64,000 nucleotides of DNA from Eledone cirrhosa. Taxonomy: Eukaryota. A program made the translations under genes and the position numbers. Numbering within the stretch: position 1 is the stretch's first letter; the number at the start of each line of letters is the position of its first letter. The notes under the pieces are model-generated. The model made no database searches, had not been told where the DNA came from, and saw only the letters and a list, made by a program, of their open reading frames with translations. This document shows, in pieces, positions 15,106 through 28,757 of this stretch. The DNA lies in assembly GCA_964016885.1 (NCBI GenBank), contig OZ024744.1, forward strand, positions 74,772,001-74,836,000, read 5' to 3'.

Positions 15106-15187
15106 ACTCCAACTAAATAGTTTCTGTAATGGGATAAAGATAGTTACGCAATGTAACTGTCGAGAATTCATTACGTCACCTGGGAGT
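15106..15187 (-). ncRNA. Second hammerhead copy, core mutated (CAGGUGA)
   Basis: Same stems as 14565-14646 with a cleaner stem III (ACU AUUU AGU) but a damaged core. Confidence 0.6.
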
Positions 15188-15296
15188 CTATTCTCAGCTA
15201 AGACTCCAGGCAATGCGCGGACACTAGGGACTCATATAAAAATTTTAGTAAGTAAGTTAATTTTTAATTTTTAAAATGTTCTTATTTTACGTTTTT

Positions 15297-16610
<1,314 letters not shown>

Positions 16611-16664
16611 TGTTATGGAATACTGTTAGCTTCTCGCTACAACCATTTCTATACTTTTCATTTA

Positions 16665-16697
<33 letters not shown>

Positions 16698-18630
16698 GAG
16701 AAAAGTTGTATGAACAATGAGCCAGTGTGGTACCTACTTTTTCTGACGGTGTTAACCTGGTGAATCCCCACTAGAAGAGTTCAATATTAAGCCAATAAGG
16801 TTTTATGAAATATTATACTAATACCTTGTATACTTAGTTTTTGCCTTGTGATACATAGATACTGGCAAATTAGAATGTATCAATAATGAATGAATGTGAC
16901 ATTGATATTCTGCGTTTTGAAGTTTGTGAGTGACATAAGAAGCATATGACAAACATTATGATTCTAGTGGGCAGATGATGTATACGTGTATATATTTCAA
17001 TGCAAATATGTGAATTTATGCGTGGATTGTGGATTCTGATATGTGCTTATTTTCCGGGAGACTGATTGATTCAATAGACATCGTCTTTCTCACATCTTTG
17101 CATTCTATATTGCAGTCTCTACACATGTACACTTATACGCCGCTTTAAAAGACAACATGTCCTGGAATACATAATCTTTGTTAATATTGACAGTTATATC
17201 TGAAAGAGTTCAATATTTTATGTCCAATCTAATAAAATATTCATTAATAATCAGTTGGAAGAGGAATGGAAAGTCCCTAATGCAATTCCACTAACAAACT
17301 ACTTAACAAGACGATATACATATGTTGCTGCTTCAGCCTAAACCTAGCTTATTTTAAGAATGCATATGGTATTTATAATTTGATGATAATTATTCTTTCG
17401 CATCCAAAGTCATGAATTTTCAACCATAACCTTTCGAATAGTTATCTTTTATCCAATACTGTTGGACTATTAATGAATATGTTGTTGCTTAACACCCGGT
17501 TAACGCTGATTGAGCAGGCCTACGACCAAAAGAATCCTAACTGTATCCATGGTGTCTTTTTTTTTCTAGCATAGTAAATTTGTAGAAACATTTTCATCAT
17601 CTGCTGCTTTTCTTAAGAGGATAATGTACGGTTTGATTTCGGCTTTAGACTGTTATTTCTAGCAGGTAGATCGTTCACATTGACTCAATCATTAACACTC
17701 TTCAACCACGTTATTACAATATCCTGAAATTTCCTATTGGTGTTTTTGATATTCTCATTAATTCTACAATTTCCGGAGAAAATGCAGAATTTCACAGCGA
17801 CAAATCGAAATGGTTTAGATGCTATTGATGAAGATATGAAATTACACATAGCTAGTCATAATGCGGAAAATGTAGCTTAAAGTTTAAATAGAGCTTTCAC
17901 AGGCAAACGACAGCAAACGCTCTTTAAAACAACGAAGAGGAAAAACAATCCCCTAGCGAATATAAGCTATAGGGAATATGCAAGAGATAAGCTGCAAAAG
18001 ACAGACACGTGCAGAAACATGGTGTGTATCACTCAACATTCACAATTTCAGAACGGCATTAGTCTCTTCAGCTTCAATATTACAAATAGAAAATATAACT
18101 CCACAGCTGCCGTTCAACGTGATAGTGCGTCGCGGAATATCAACCTTTGATGAACATTTTAGAAACAGCAGGTATCATATTCTTTTGTTTAATTTAAAGC
18201 ATGTTGCAAAAATATGAGTTAGGATGTTTGAGTAACACAGATTGATAGTTGTATTTTTAATGTATTTCCTATGGATTATTTATTTAATCCATCCCACCAT
18301 GGTAATATCATTTGCGTTCATACTCAATTCTAGTTCATTTTAATGTGTGTTATAGCACATAGCTGTGATTTTTTGTTCTGCCATAGTGGAGTAATATTGA
18401 TGTCTGTTGGTGTATATTATGTTAGTATTAGCATGCTGTAATATAACGCTGCGGCATTGTTTGTTAATGTTAATGTGTGTTGTATGGTAATATTATTGAG
18501 GTGAATGTTAGGGTTTATTGGTGTGATGTATAAGGGTGACGTATATTTCTGGTAGTATGTTGTAGGGTAGTGTTCATCACGTATTGTATGGTAATGTTTG
18601 TGTTGTATGTTCTATGGTATTATTGGCTGG

Positions 18631-18850
18631 TGGATTCGCAGTATCACTAGAGCGTCGGACAACTTGCTTGCTTGGCTACATAGAGTTATTGCCTTTTATG
18701 TTCTGAGTTCAAATCCCGTCGAGTTTAACTTTACCTTTCATCCTGACGGGGTTGATAAAAAATAAAGCACCAGTAGTGTACAGGGGTCGATTTAATTGGT
18801 TTCTCTACTCTTCAAATTTCTGGCCTTGTGCCTAAATAGAAACAATTATT
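18631..18850 (+). mobile_element. tRNA-derived SINE (cephalopod-type)
   Basis: B-box-like GAGTTCAAATCCC followed by TTTACCTTTCATCC..GATAAAA; related copies at 19.5, 26.9, 27.2, 42.7, 47.3 and 49.5 kb. Confidence 0.75.
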
Positions 18851-19524
18851 GGTGTAGTGTATGTTAAGTCTGGTGAGTATTATAGTAGTGTTAATGTGTT
18901 GTATAGAAGTGGTGAGAGTTATTTTAAGAGTAGAGTGGCATCTGGAAATATTGAGGTGTTGTATAGATGTGTTGCAGTTTTTTTTATGGTAGGAGTGTGG
19001 TGTTGTGCGGTAGATGTTCAAGTTGTCTGGTGTTCCTATTGGGGTGCATGGTTAGGTTGTTGTGGTGTTTGATATTTTTGGTGAATTGATTCTTAATGTT
19101 AGCTTGGTGACGTTTGCTGTGTTACAGTATTATGTATAACTAATCTCGAGTTCAACTCCATTTGATTTTAGTGATTTATTATAACAAGCGGCTACTCTAT
19201 CAAATATCAAATTCGATAAACAATTGCATATCCTTCTATTATTATGAATGGGCCTGCCCTGAAAATACGCCTGTAGATTGGAGTAGAAAAACTGGGAGAA
19301 GGCACTTTGCCCTCGCGGAAAGGGTGACCGTGGTTGTTGTTGAATTTCTACACCATTGACGCTTTCGGGAATTTGTTATGTTTGTTTTTAAATGTTTATT
19401 TTCTTAGTCTCTGTTATAAATTTTATTTTACTCATTTAAAAAAAATAAAACAGTATCATCCTGTACACTCTTTAATTGTTCCTTAATGTGAGCCCTGTGT
19501 GGTTAATACAGACATTATTATTAT

Positions 19525-19722
19525 GTGGTTGATTGGCAGTATCGATAGAGCATTAGATGCCATGCTTTGCAGCATAGTGTTACGGCCCTTTAAGGTCCGA
19601 GATCAAATCGCGCCGAGGTTAACTTTGCCTTTTATCCTTACGAGGTCAATAAAATAAAGTACCAGTAATACACTGTTTAATTGCTGGCCTTGTGCCAAAA
19701 GTAGAAACAATTATTATTATTA
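19525..19722 (+). mobile_element. tRNA-derived SINE
   Basis: GGCAGTATCG..GAGATCAAATCGCGCCGAGGTTAACTTTGCCTTT..GGCCTTGTGCC..(ATT) tail. Confidence 0.72.
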
Positions 19723-20409
19723 TTAAATAATAATAATTTTGTGTAATGATAGGACATGGGTGAGAAGGAATTATGGTGAAGGAAAGAGAGTTGTTTGTGG
19801 AGAAGAATGTAGACGTCATAGTACAGTGGTTAAACATTGTGTTGTTTGTTGAATTGCTGGTGGGATATTGGTGTAGTAATGTTGTTATTAGTTGTTGTGA
19901 TGTTGGTTCTAGTTTTTGTACTAAAGTGATAAATGGTGGTGTTATTATTGTTGTTATACCTGACATTAATTCCATCTCAAATATACTGTTGGAGGTAAAA
20001 GAAAAAAAAATAACATATAGCGAAAGGGGTTTTGTAAGTTTAAATTTAAAATAATGGTAACTTATTTTAAAATAACTTTGTTTAATTTTGATCTAAGAGC
20101 TATTTTGAGGCCGAAATTATTTCTAATTGTATTTGAAGTTCCATCCATTTGTACACAGAAATGTAACATTCAATCATCTCTATATAACGCAAAGTCGATA
20201 GTTGTAAACATCTCATTGAATGTATCTAGGAAATATAACCTTACCAGAGTTATTTTATGACATTTACCTACATGAAGACTGACTGGCACTGTTATTGTAG
20301 TGTTTTGTTTTCTGATATTATTTACGTCAGAAGACTGAGGAACCAAAACTTCCACTGTCATCGCCTCCATCTCTCTCACCCTCCCTATCTCTAACTATTA
20401 TGCACAAAT

Positions 20410-20610
20410 GGGAATAGAGATGGCGTTCCTCGGAGGATGGTGAGGGAAATGCGCTGGAAGAGCCATTCTAGCTAACGAGGCTGACACCTGCGGCTAGCCA
20501 GCTCAGTGTCTATGGTGGTGAGTAGGGAGGTAGCCCTGGGTCCAAGGACACCTGAAGTCTCCACTGTTAAGGGCTTTACTGCAAACCTGTCAGAGAGCGA
20601 CCACCATTTA
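20410..20610 (-). mobile_element. CRE-like non-LTR C-terminal restriction-like endonuclease fragment
   Basis: FAVKPLTVETSGVLGPRA..L..RRCQPR*LEWLFQRISLTILRG resembles the CRE-clade P.AVET.G..G...QRIS.A.QRGN terminus. Confidence 0.65.
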
Positions 20611-21153
20611 CCTACATTGAAAGAACAAATTCTGATTATTTGATGTAAGCAAAATCTTTTTGCAAACATCGAATATTTCCTAGTATACCTAATAATTTCA
20701 AGTTTATTAACATCTAGAGTATAATATATATCTTAGCTCTTTGAGTAGGGTTTAGAATTAAAAGGATAAAATTCAATAATATCAAATTAGCTAAATTTCG
20801 AGTTATTATTGTGTTTAATATTATTAAACAATTAAAAGAAATAACCGCGTTGCCGTACATACGACGGCATAGATTCGTTAACAAAATAATGTCATTGTTA
20901 ATATTACATGAGATTTTCTAGCTAAATAATCCGATCTGGTATTTAGTGAAATAAATTAATCTACATATTGTTAGAGAAGAAAAATTGCTTGTGCTCCTTA
21001 TGTGGGATATATGCATTCCGTCTAGCTAAATTTCTAATCTAATTTTAGTTCACAAAATTTATTTCGTTATAAGCATCACACTCATAAAACAAACACACAC
21101 ACGTGCACACACAAACATGCCACACATACACACTCATCTCTCTCCCCCCCCCC

Positions 21154-21186
<33 letters not shown>

Positions 21187-21424
21187 CAAAATTAAATTAA
21201 GAGTTGTCATGTCTGAGAGACATGCGCCATATCCACTGTAGAATAAGCTCAAAGATTCCAATGAATAGATCCGAGCATTTTATATCAACTAGAAATTGAT
21301 TGACATATATATATATATAAAATAAATACATGGAACAATCACAGGGAATAATTTGTAAAGAATGTAAGCACACATAGCTAGGTAGGTAACTAATTAAAGT
21401 TTAACTAGAACTTCAAATAATTAA

Positions 21425-21518
21425 TCTCCTTTGTACATATTTCTTTAAGTAAGAAATATATTTCACCAATTAATCAGTAAATCACAGTAGTCAAATCCTG
21501 GATGGTCACCAAAGGAGA
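21425..21518 (-). ncRNA. Type I hammerhead with GUGACCA (G3-C8) core
   Basis: UCUCCUUUG-GUGACCA-U CCA..UGG U-GAA-AUAUAUUUCUU ACUUA AAGAAAUAUGU-A-CAAAGGAGA: 9-bp stem I, 11-bp stem III, GUA triplet. Confidence 0.8.
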
Positions 21519-21803
21519 AGAAAATAACTATCTGCGTTTACAAAGCAAATGCAAATCTGTGAATGACTCGAACCACGTGTTGCATTAAAAAAAAAATACT
21601 CACATCGCACAGCGTTATCCCAGTGGCGTGAATAGGATTATCGACAGCTATAAATAGCAGCCGAGTCTATTCAACTGAGTTAGCTCAACAATCAAGGTAT
21701 CTAAAAAAGATATCTATATTTGAAGTTCTAGTTAAACTTTAATTAGTTACCTATGTGTGCTTATATTCTTTACAAATTATTCCCTGTGATTGTTCCATGT
21801 ATT

Positions 21804-21890
<87 letters not shown>

Positions 21891-22169
21891 AATCTATTTC
21901 TAGTTGATATAAAATGCTCGGATCTATTCATTGGAATCTTTGAGATTATTCTACGGTGGATATGGCGCATGTCTCTCAGATATGACAACCCTTAATTTAA
22001 TTTTGTTGAGCTAACACAGTTGAATAGACTCGGCTGCTATTTCTAGCTGTCGATAATCCTATTCACGCCACTGGGATGACGCTGTGCGATGTGTGTATTT
22101 TTTTAAAATGCAACACGTGGTTCGAATCATTCTCAGATTTACATTTGCTTTGTAAACGCAGATAGTTAT

Positions 22170-22265
22170 TTTTACTTTGGTGACCATCCAGGATTTGACT
22201 ACTGTGATTTACTGATTAATTGGTGAAATATATTTCTTACTTAAAGAAATATATAAAAAAGAAGA
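22170..22265 (+). ncRNA. Second GUGACCA-core hammerhead copy, stem I decayed
   Basis: GTGACCA at 22180-86 and TGGTGAAA at 22221-28, with the same stem III. Confidence 0.65.
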
Positions 22266-22418
22266 TTAATCATTTTAAAAGGTATCTATATTTGAAGTTC
22301 TAGTTAAATTTTAATTAGTTACCTACCTAGCTATGTGTGCTTACATTCTTTACAAATTATTCCCTGTGATTGTGCCATGTATTTATTTTATATATATATA
22401 TGTCAATCTATTTCTAGT

Positions 22419-22496
<78 letters not shown>

Positions 22497-22555
22497 CATA
22501 AATATATATATATATTATATACATAAATATATATATATATATATTATATACATAA

Positions 22556-22588
<33 letters not shown>

Positions 22589-22589
22589 A

Positions 22590-23225
22590 TAGTAAAACAC
22601 TGGAGGTTTATATCCGTAGTAGTAGAACACTCAGTCCATTTGACGAGTTTGGTAGAAGTAGTATCAAAACAGTTAGTTCACCATACCGTGAACAAATGTT
22701 TCACCTTGCGGATCTTCAGCTCGGTCTGAGTGTGGTTGTACGGAAAAGGAAAAACAACTGCATGCGCAGAAACGGTCACTTCTCCCAGGCGATATGATCC
22801 CACAGTCGAAAATTGTCAGGGAGATAACTGCGAATGTCCGGAATAAATTATTCGAATTGATTAGAATATTAGAATGTTGAGTTTATTCAATCCGGAGCTT
22901 TGTAATTATGCAAGAGGTGTTTTCAAACATGTGTACAACGTGACAGAAGCTAATTCCTTGAATTTATGCAATCGCTATTGAGTAATCTCTTCAGAATATT
23001 GAATCTTTCTTCAATACACAGTCCACAAAACGGATTGCCCCTTGCGTATGGCTTGGACTTAGTGATAGCTTTCCATTGAATGGAGTAGTCTACGCCTGAG
23101 TCTTTGAGGGACCATACGTGGCTCGCGAGTTTCATGGAAGATCGTTTGTCTGGATATCTAAAGATCGACTGATGGTTCAGGAAGCGTTCCTTAAACCGGC
23201 CCTCCGCCATACCTTCATATTCTTA
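22590..23225 (-). mobile_element. Naiad-type PLE 3' fragment (GIY-YIG C-half with stops, plus 3' UTR)
   Basis: AEGRFKERFLNHQSIF..LASHVWSLKD..IQWK..CGLCIEER. The 3' end lies in (TA)n. Confidence 0.85.
22685..22725 (-). ncRNA. Minimal type I hammerhead
   Basis: ACCGAG-CUGAAGA-U CC GCAA GG U-GAA-AC AUUU GU-U-CACGGU, with one stem I mismatch. Confidence 0.75.
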
Positions 23226-23493
23226 GCGCAAGAGTATCCTAGTTTCACCCTGTGTCTTTAACAGCACTCCAAAGGAGAACATGGTTTACATACATAAAAA
23301 TGAGTTCACATTTTCGTTTATCGCTTTCTCTCTCTCTTTCCTTGGTGGGTTTGAAATAAAAGTTGGGTTGTTGCTTGTTACCGTCTAACAGGTGTTGACT
23401 ATAACTTCAGTAGTGGTAGTAGCAGTGGGAGGAGAACTTGGTTTATAAGTCGGCTCGTTCCCTGTTCTTGTCCGACTGGTGTTGACCACAACT

Positions 23494-23570
23494 GAAGAAG
23501 AAGAAGAAGAAGAAGAAGAAGAAGAAGAAGAAGAAGAAGAAGAAGAAGAAGAAGAAGAAGAAGAAGAAGA
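23494..23570. repeat. (GAA)n microsatellite
   Basis: Direct reading. Confidence 0.95.
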
Positions 23571-23574
23571 AAAA

Positions 23575-23880
23575 CTTACCAACAAGCAATACAACTATAT
23601 AATTGACTTCAAAAGCAAATCCATCCTTAATTACGGTATTCCTAAGATACTCAAAAGTGAAAAAAATGTAAGGCATGCAAGGGAGCCACAGATATATTCA
23701 TTAATATCCCCTCACTTTATGACCTAAAATTAAGACCTATAATAGCAGGCCCCTCTTGTGGAACCCACTGCTTCGGCAATTTTTTTGATATCCTATTAAA
23801 AACATTCATTAAACACATTTAAAGTTACATAAGGGACGTCTTTAATATGCTCAGCCACCTCCTCAAAACACTTAGTGATA
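23575..23880 (+). mobile_element. PLE reverse transcriptase N-terminal fragment
   Basis: YGIPKILKS, then frameshifted LKLRPIIAGPSCGTH..FDILLKTFIKHI*SYIRD, matching the PLE YGLPKIHK/LRPIV/SYIRD motifs. Confidence 0.75.
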
Positions 23881-24414
23881 CAGTATATATATATATATAT
23901 TCATCTTGAAAGGATGAAAGTTAACTTCTACAAGATTTGAACACAGAGTGCAAAGAATCAGAACAAATACCGTGACATCTAACGACTGTACCAATTTGCT
24001 GCCCGAATGAAGAAAGAAGAAGGGTGTATGAAGAAAACTGGAACAAAGAATGAATAAATAAACAAATAAATTAATTGAAAACAAGATGGATGTCCTAAAA
24101 ATAATGAGGAGCAAAATAAGAAGGGAAACGAGGAAGTAACAAGTGAGTCAACTAATCAATCAAAGAAAAAGGTAAAAAAAAAAGAAGAGAAAGAAAAAGA
24201 AAGAAAAATAATTAATTAATAAAGTAATCAATGATTGATTGATAGCTAGGATGAAAGTAAGAATGAATATAGAGAATATACACACTGGAAAAATAAAAAT
24301 AAATAAAAAGATTGAAAGAAAGCGACAAAAGAAGAAAGCAAATAAGATGCATACATAAATGTAAGAAACAAAATGTAAAAATAGATTAAAAGAAAAAGAC
24401 AGAAGGTAAGAAAG

Positions 24415-25605
24415 GAAAGAAGGAAAGAGGTAGGAGTGAAAGAGTGAAAGAAGGTAAGGAAGAAAGAGGTAGGAGTGAAAGAGTGAAAGAAGGTAAGAAG
24501 GAAAGAGGTAGGAGTGAAAGGGTGAAAGAAGGTAAGAAGGAAAGAGGTAGGAGTGAAAGGGTGAAAGAAGGTAAGGAGGAAAGAGGTAGGAGTGAAAGAG
24601 TGAAAGAAGGTAAGAAGGAAAGAGGTAGGAGTGAAAGGGTGAAAGAAGGTAAGGAGGAAAGAGGTAGGAGTGAAAGAGTGAAAGAAGGTAAGGAGGAAAG
24701 AGGTAGGAGTGAAAGAGTGAAAGAAGGTAAGGAGGAAAGAAGTAGGAGTGAAAGAGTGAAAGAAGGTAAGAAGGAAAGAGGTAGGAGTGAAAGAGTGAAA
24801 GAAGGTAAGGAGGAAAGAGGTAGGAGTGAAAGAGTGAAAGAAGTTAAGAAGGAAAGAGGTAGGAGTGAAAGAGTGAAAGAAGGTAAGGAGGAAAGAGGTA
24901 GGAGTGAAAGAGTGAAAGAAGTTAAGAAGGAAAGAGGTAGGAGTGAAAGGGTGAAAGAAGGTAAGGAGGAAAGAGGTAGGAATGAAAGAGTGAAAGAAGG
25001 TAAGAAGGAAAGAGGTAGGAGTGAAAGGGTGAAAGAAGGTAAGGAGGAAAGAGGTAGGAGTGAAAGAGTGAAAGAAGGTAAGGAGGAAAGAGGTAGGAGT
25101 GAAATAGTGAAAGAAGGTAAGAAGGAAAGAGGTAGGAGTGAAAGAGTGAAAGAAGGTAAGGAGGAAAGAGGTAGGAGTGAAAGAGTGAAAGAAGTTAAGA
25201 AGGAAAGAGGTAGGAGTGAAAGAGTGAAAGAAGGTAAGGAGGAAAGAGGTAGGAGTGAAAGAGTGAAAGAAGGTAAGAATGAAAGAGGTAGGAGTGAAAG
25301 AGTGAAAGAAGGTAAGAAGGAAAGAGGTAGGAGTGAAAGATTGAAAGAAGGTAAGAAGGAAAGAGGTAGGAGTGAAAGAGTGAAAGAAGGTAAGGAGGAA
25401 AGAGGTAGGAGTGAAAGAGTGAAATAAGGTAAGGAGGAAAGAGGTAGGAGTGAAAGAGTGAAATAAGGTAAGGAGGAAAGAGGTAGGAGTGAAAGAGTGA
25501 AAGAAGGTAAGGAGGAAAGAGGTAGGAGTGAAAGGGTGAAAGAAGGTAAGGAGGTAAGGAGGAAAGAGGTAGGAGTGAAAGGGTGAAAGAAGGTAAGAAG
25601 GAAAA
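24415..25605. repeat. 39-bp purine-rich minisatellite, about 30 copies
   Basis: Unit GAAAGAGGTAGGAGTGAAAGAGTGAAAGAAGGTAAGRAG; 13-aa periodicity in the ORF track. Confidence 0.95.
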
Positions 25606-26367
25606 GAGGGAGCGTGAAGGATGTTAAGGAGGAAATCAGCAAACAAGCAATAGTGAATAGAAATAAATAGATGAACAAACATAGGTCTTGTCCGGTACAA
25701 AAAGCATAGATATATATGTAAATAACGTAGAGAAAGAGTGTGTATACACAGATGAATTAACAACAGCAACAAGAACAACCACAACAACAACGACAACAAC
25801 AACTTGCTCCACATCTCATCTTACATACTACTATTCCGCTAACAACATCACTACTATTTACTTTTAGTATGACCACAATGAACCAACGAGGCGACATCTA
25901 CGTGGCCATTCCAACTGATAGAAATAACATTGGAAAACCCCAACAAAACTCAATCTATCAATTTAAATAAGAAAAGAGAAAAAAAGCCAATCCTATCCAA
26001 TCCGATCAAATCAAATTCAGGGCCTTCTTACTCATGTTGGAGGAATCGCTCCCTGGTTTTGGTCCATGTAAGTGGTGTAGCGTTTGGCCATTTGCGGGTT
26101 GGTGAAGGTATTTAACCCAAAGTTGGGGTGGATGGTTGTTGATTTTGAGTTCATTAATTCTTTAAACAGCTCTTGTTTATTTTGGGGGAAATGGGGGAGG
26201 GTGGCGCTCGGCTTCCACTTAACTTTCTCACCTGTCCAGGGTCTGCTGGGAGAACCGATTTAATCGCACACCGCTTGACCTGAAACAGGTTGTACTGTGT
26301 TACATGGTACCAGTAGCCGGCAGAACACTGACCTGATCTGAAACAGTATATATATATATATATATAT

Positions 26368-26513
26368 ATAACGAAGGAAGTGTGGTAAGGAACCAGATGG
26401 ACCATAACGCACCATAGTACTCAATACTTAGGGTAGTAGAGTGGGTAATAGGAACATGTTTAACCTCGACGGCAGAGCTCAATCCATTTCGATGGCTATT
26501 TCTGGACTGAGAA
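26368..26513 (-). mobile_element. 5'-truncated copy of the 47.0-47.25 kb hammerhead element
   Basis: Matches 47044-47185, retains only GAAA-stem III-GUC, and is TA-flanked. Confidence 0.75.
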
Positions 26514-26896
26514 ATATATATATATGTGTGTGTGTAAAAGGTAAACAGAAATAACAACACAATCGGTACAGTATATGGAAGGGATATATTAGCTTAACGC
26601 TTGATATAGCAGGAAGAGTGGTTGAAATGCATTTGCCTAAACCTGAACATAGGTCGGTTATGTATGGTTAAACGTCAGTCACAACTACAACCACTACACA
26701 AACAGCAGCAGCAACGTCGGTGGTGTTTATGCAATGACCACCGGAACCGAAACCAACACAAAACATGAACTTGTTCATAGATCACTATCACTGAAACTCT
26801 ACCACAGAACCATCGACAGGTATAATAGACCCTCCATAAAAAAAAACTGACATCACACAATCACTAAACAACAGCCATCTTAATTAACAATATTAC

Positions 26897-27362
26897 TTGG
26901 CAGTATCGGTGATGCGTTGGACAACATGCTTTATGACATAGATTTACAGCTTTTTACGATCTGAGTTCATATCATTCCGAGGTTAGCTTTGCCTTTCATT
27001 CTTACGAGTTCGAAAAATAAAGCACCAGTAATACACCGGGTTCGATTTAATCGACTTTTACCTTCCCCAAAATTGTTGGGCTCGTACCTAAATCAGAATA
27101 CATTACCACCACTATCTATCACCTGCAACACAACTAAAACCAACAACCACAACAACTAACAACAGCATTATTACTGGATTGGCAGTATCGGTAGAGGGTC
27201 GGACGCTATGCTTTGACGCATAGAGTTACGGCCTTTTTATGTTCTGAGTTCAGATCCTGCCGAGGTTAACTTTACCTTTCATCCTTACAGTGTCGATACA
27301 ATAAATTACCAGAAACGTACTGGGATAATTGCTGGCCTTGTGCCAAAAGTAGAAACAATTAC
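26897..27362 (+). mobile_element. Two tandem tRNA-derived SINE copies
   Basis: GGCAGTATCGGT..CTGAGTTCA..CCGAGGTTA(A/G)CTTT(G/A)CCTTTCAT at about 26897-27105 and 27175-27362. Confidence 0.75.
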
Positions 27363-27599
27363 TACACTCCTCTCTCACCAGCAATACAACAACCAACACA
27401 ATGTTTAACAACTGCACTACGACGTCCACGTTCCTCTCCACATATAACACTCTACACTTCACCATACTTCCTTCTCACCCACATTTCATCATTACACAAA
27501 AGAAACGGTAAATGGCACAATTAACAATATGGCTATAACGTATAAACTGAAGATAAAGGAATATGATGTTTAATATGTATATATATATATGTATGTTAT

Positions 27600-27992
27600 C
27601 TCTTTCTCTTAATTTCGAGTATTTTTTTGACCGGCCACTTTCCTGCTGGCAAGGTTGTAAAAGAAAAGAAATTGTCATCCCTTGAATCGCAAGAATGTTT
27701 TGCAAATTTTGAAGGTGCCAGCTATCGCAGCCATTTGTAGACTATGAATTAGGGAGCTGCGCTCTTTGTCCGTAAATCCAAATTCAGTCATACTTTGGTC
27801 CAAGTGGGTTGGTATATAACCCGTAGCTCCAATAATGGTGGGTATGAAGCTAAAGGTGTATCTTGGATACTGGATTTGTAAACTCCTCATCAATGGTCCG
27901 TAGATGTCCTCCTCCTGTATTTTTCTGACAACGTTTACATCAAGTGGGCAGCTGATCTCCACAACAGAACACGTTTTCAATGTGTGGTCCCA
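27600..27992 (-). mobile_element. R4/Dong-like non-LTR 3' fragment (restriction-like endonuclease)
   Basis: IWDHTLKTCSVVEISCPLD..YGPL..FIPTIIGATG..LQMAAIAGTFKICKTF. The 5' end abuts (CATA)n on the sense strand. Confidence 0.75.
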
Positions 27993-28076
27993 AATGTATG
28001 TATGTATGTATGTATGTATGTATGTATGTATGTATGTATGTATGTATGTATGTATGTATGTATGCATGTATGTATG

Positions 28077-28690
28077 TTAGGTCACCAGTTGGTGCTACTG
28101 GTAATATGTATCCCAGTACAACCTGTCTCATGGTCGGGTCGTTGGCGACTAAACTGGCAACACCACCAAGGTTTCTTGGTGAGGAGAGTGACTTTGGACA
28201 TCCTGCAGGACTAAAAACAAAACCTGTCAAAGGGCAAAGGACCTCTTAAGAGTCAATGGCCATCCAAAATCACCGGGAGAGATGACCCCTTAGCCTTTGT
28301 CAAGGCAGAATTCTAGGAGAAGGAAAACTCTGATATAACACCTGCAACCCTGATGGTATCCAATAATGTTGACTTGTTCTTCTTTTTGGTAAATATCATC
28401 TTGGTTAAGAGAGTGGGACTGGCTTTGTGCAGTCCCTTTGCTCACTATAAAAGCTTAACGGCACAGGTATTGCTTTATATCTGGAGATCTCTCTGCACTT
28501 GTCGTCACATGGTACAATGGGCCCAGCACTATGTGTCAATAATTGTCACAAGTGTAGTGTTTGTACCAGAGTTTTCAAATCGCTGGCTGGACTAAAAAGT
28601 CACATTCGTTCAGTGCATCGGTAGGGGTTGGTTCTCCTACATGTATATAAAGTAGTGGCCGTACTCGAAAACGAGTTGGCAGCCACCATG
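28077..28690 (+). mobile_element. Bipartite non-autonomous RTE derivative (5' UTR fused to 3' end)
   Basis: RTE 5'-UTR-like TCTAGGAGAAGGAAAACTCTG; 3' end encodes the C2H2 remnant HKCSVCTRVFKSLAGLKSHIRSVHR*; (TATG)n tail. Confidence 0.75.
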
Positions 28691-28757
28691 TATGTATGTA
28701 TGTATGTATGTATGTATGTATGTATGTATGTATGTATGTATGTATGTATGTATGTAT

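Larger units (their letters stand above)
14388..15296 (-). mobile_element. Non-coding hammerhead element (retrozyme-like): 541-bp period tandem plus inverted 5' segment
   Basis: 14388-14700 is repeated at 14929-15242. 15243-15293 is the reverse complement of about 14510-14559. (TA)n on both flanks. Confidence 0.8.
21187..22420 (+). mobile_element. Non-coding hammerhead element forming a ~1.2 kb imperfect palindrome
   Basis: 21187-21690 is an inverted monomer. 21696-22420 is the sense partial tandem (TTTGAAGTTCTAG at about 21719 and 22291). Homologous to 38441-39445. Confidence 0.8.

Noticed and set aside
20610-21070. Possible PLE N-terminal coding remnant (minus strand)
   Set aside because: Too degenerate to support by eye.
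24246-25814. 327-522 aa ORFs
   Set aside because: They are artefacts of the 39-bp minisatellite.
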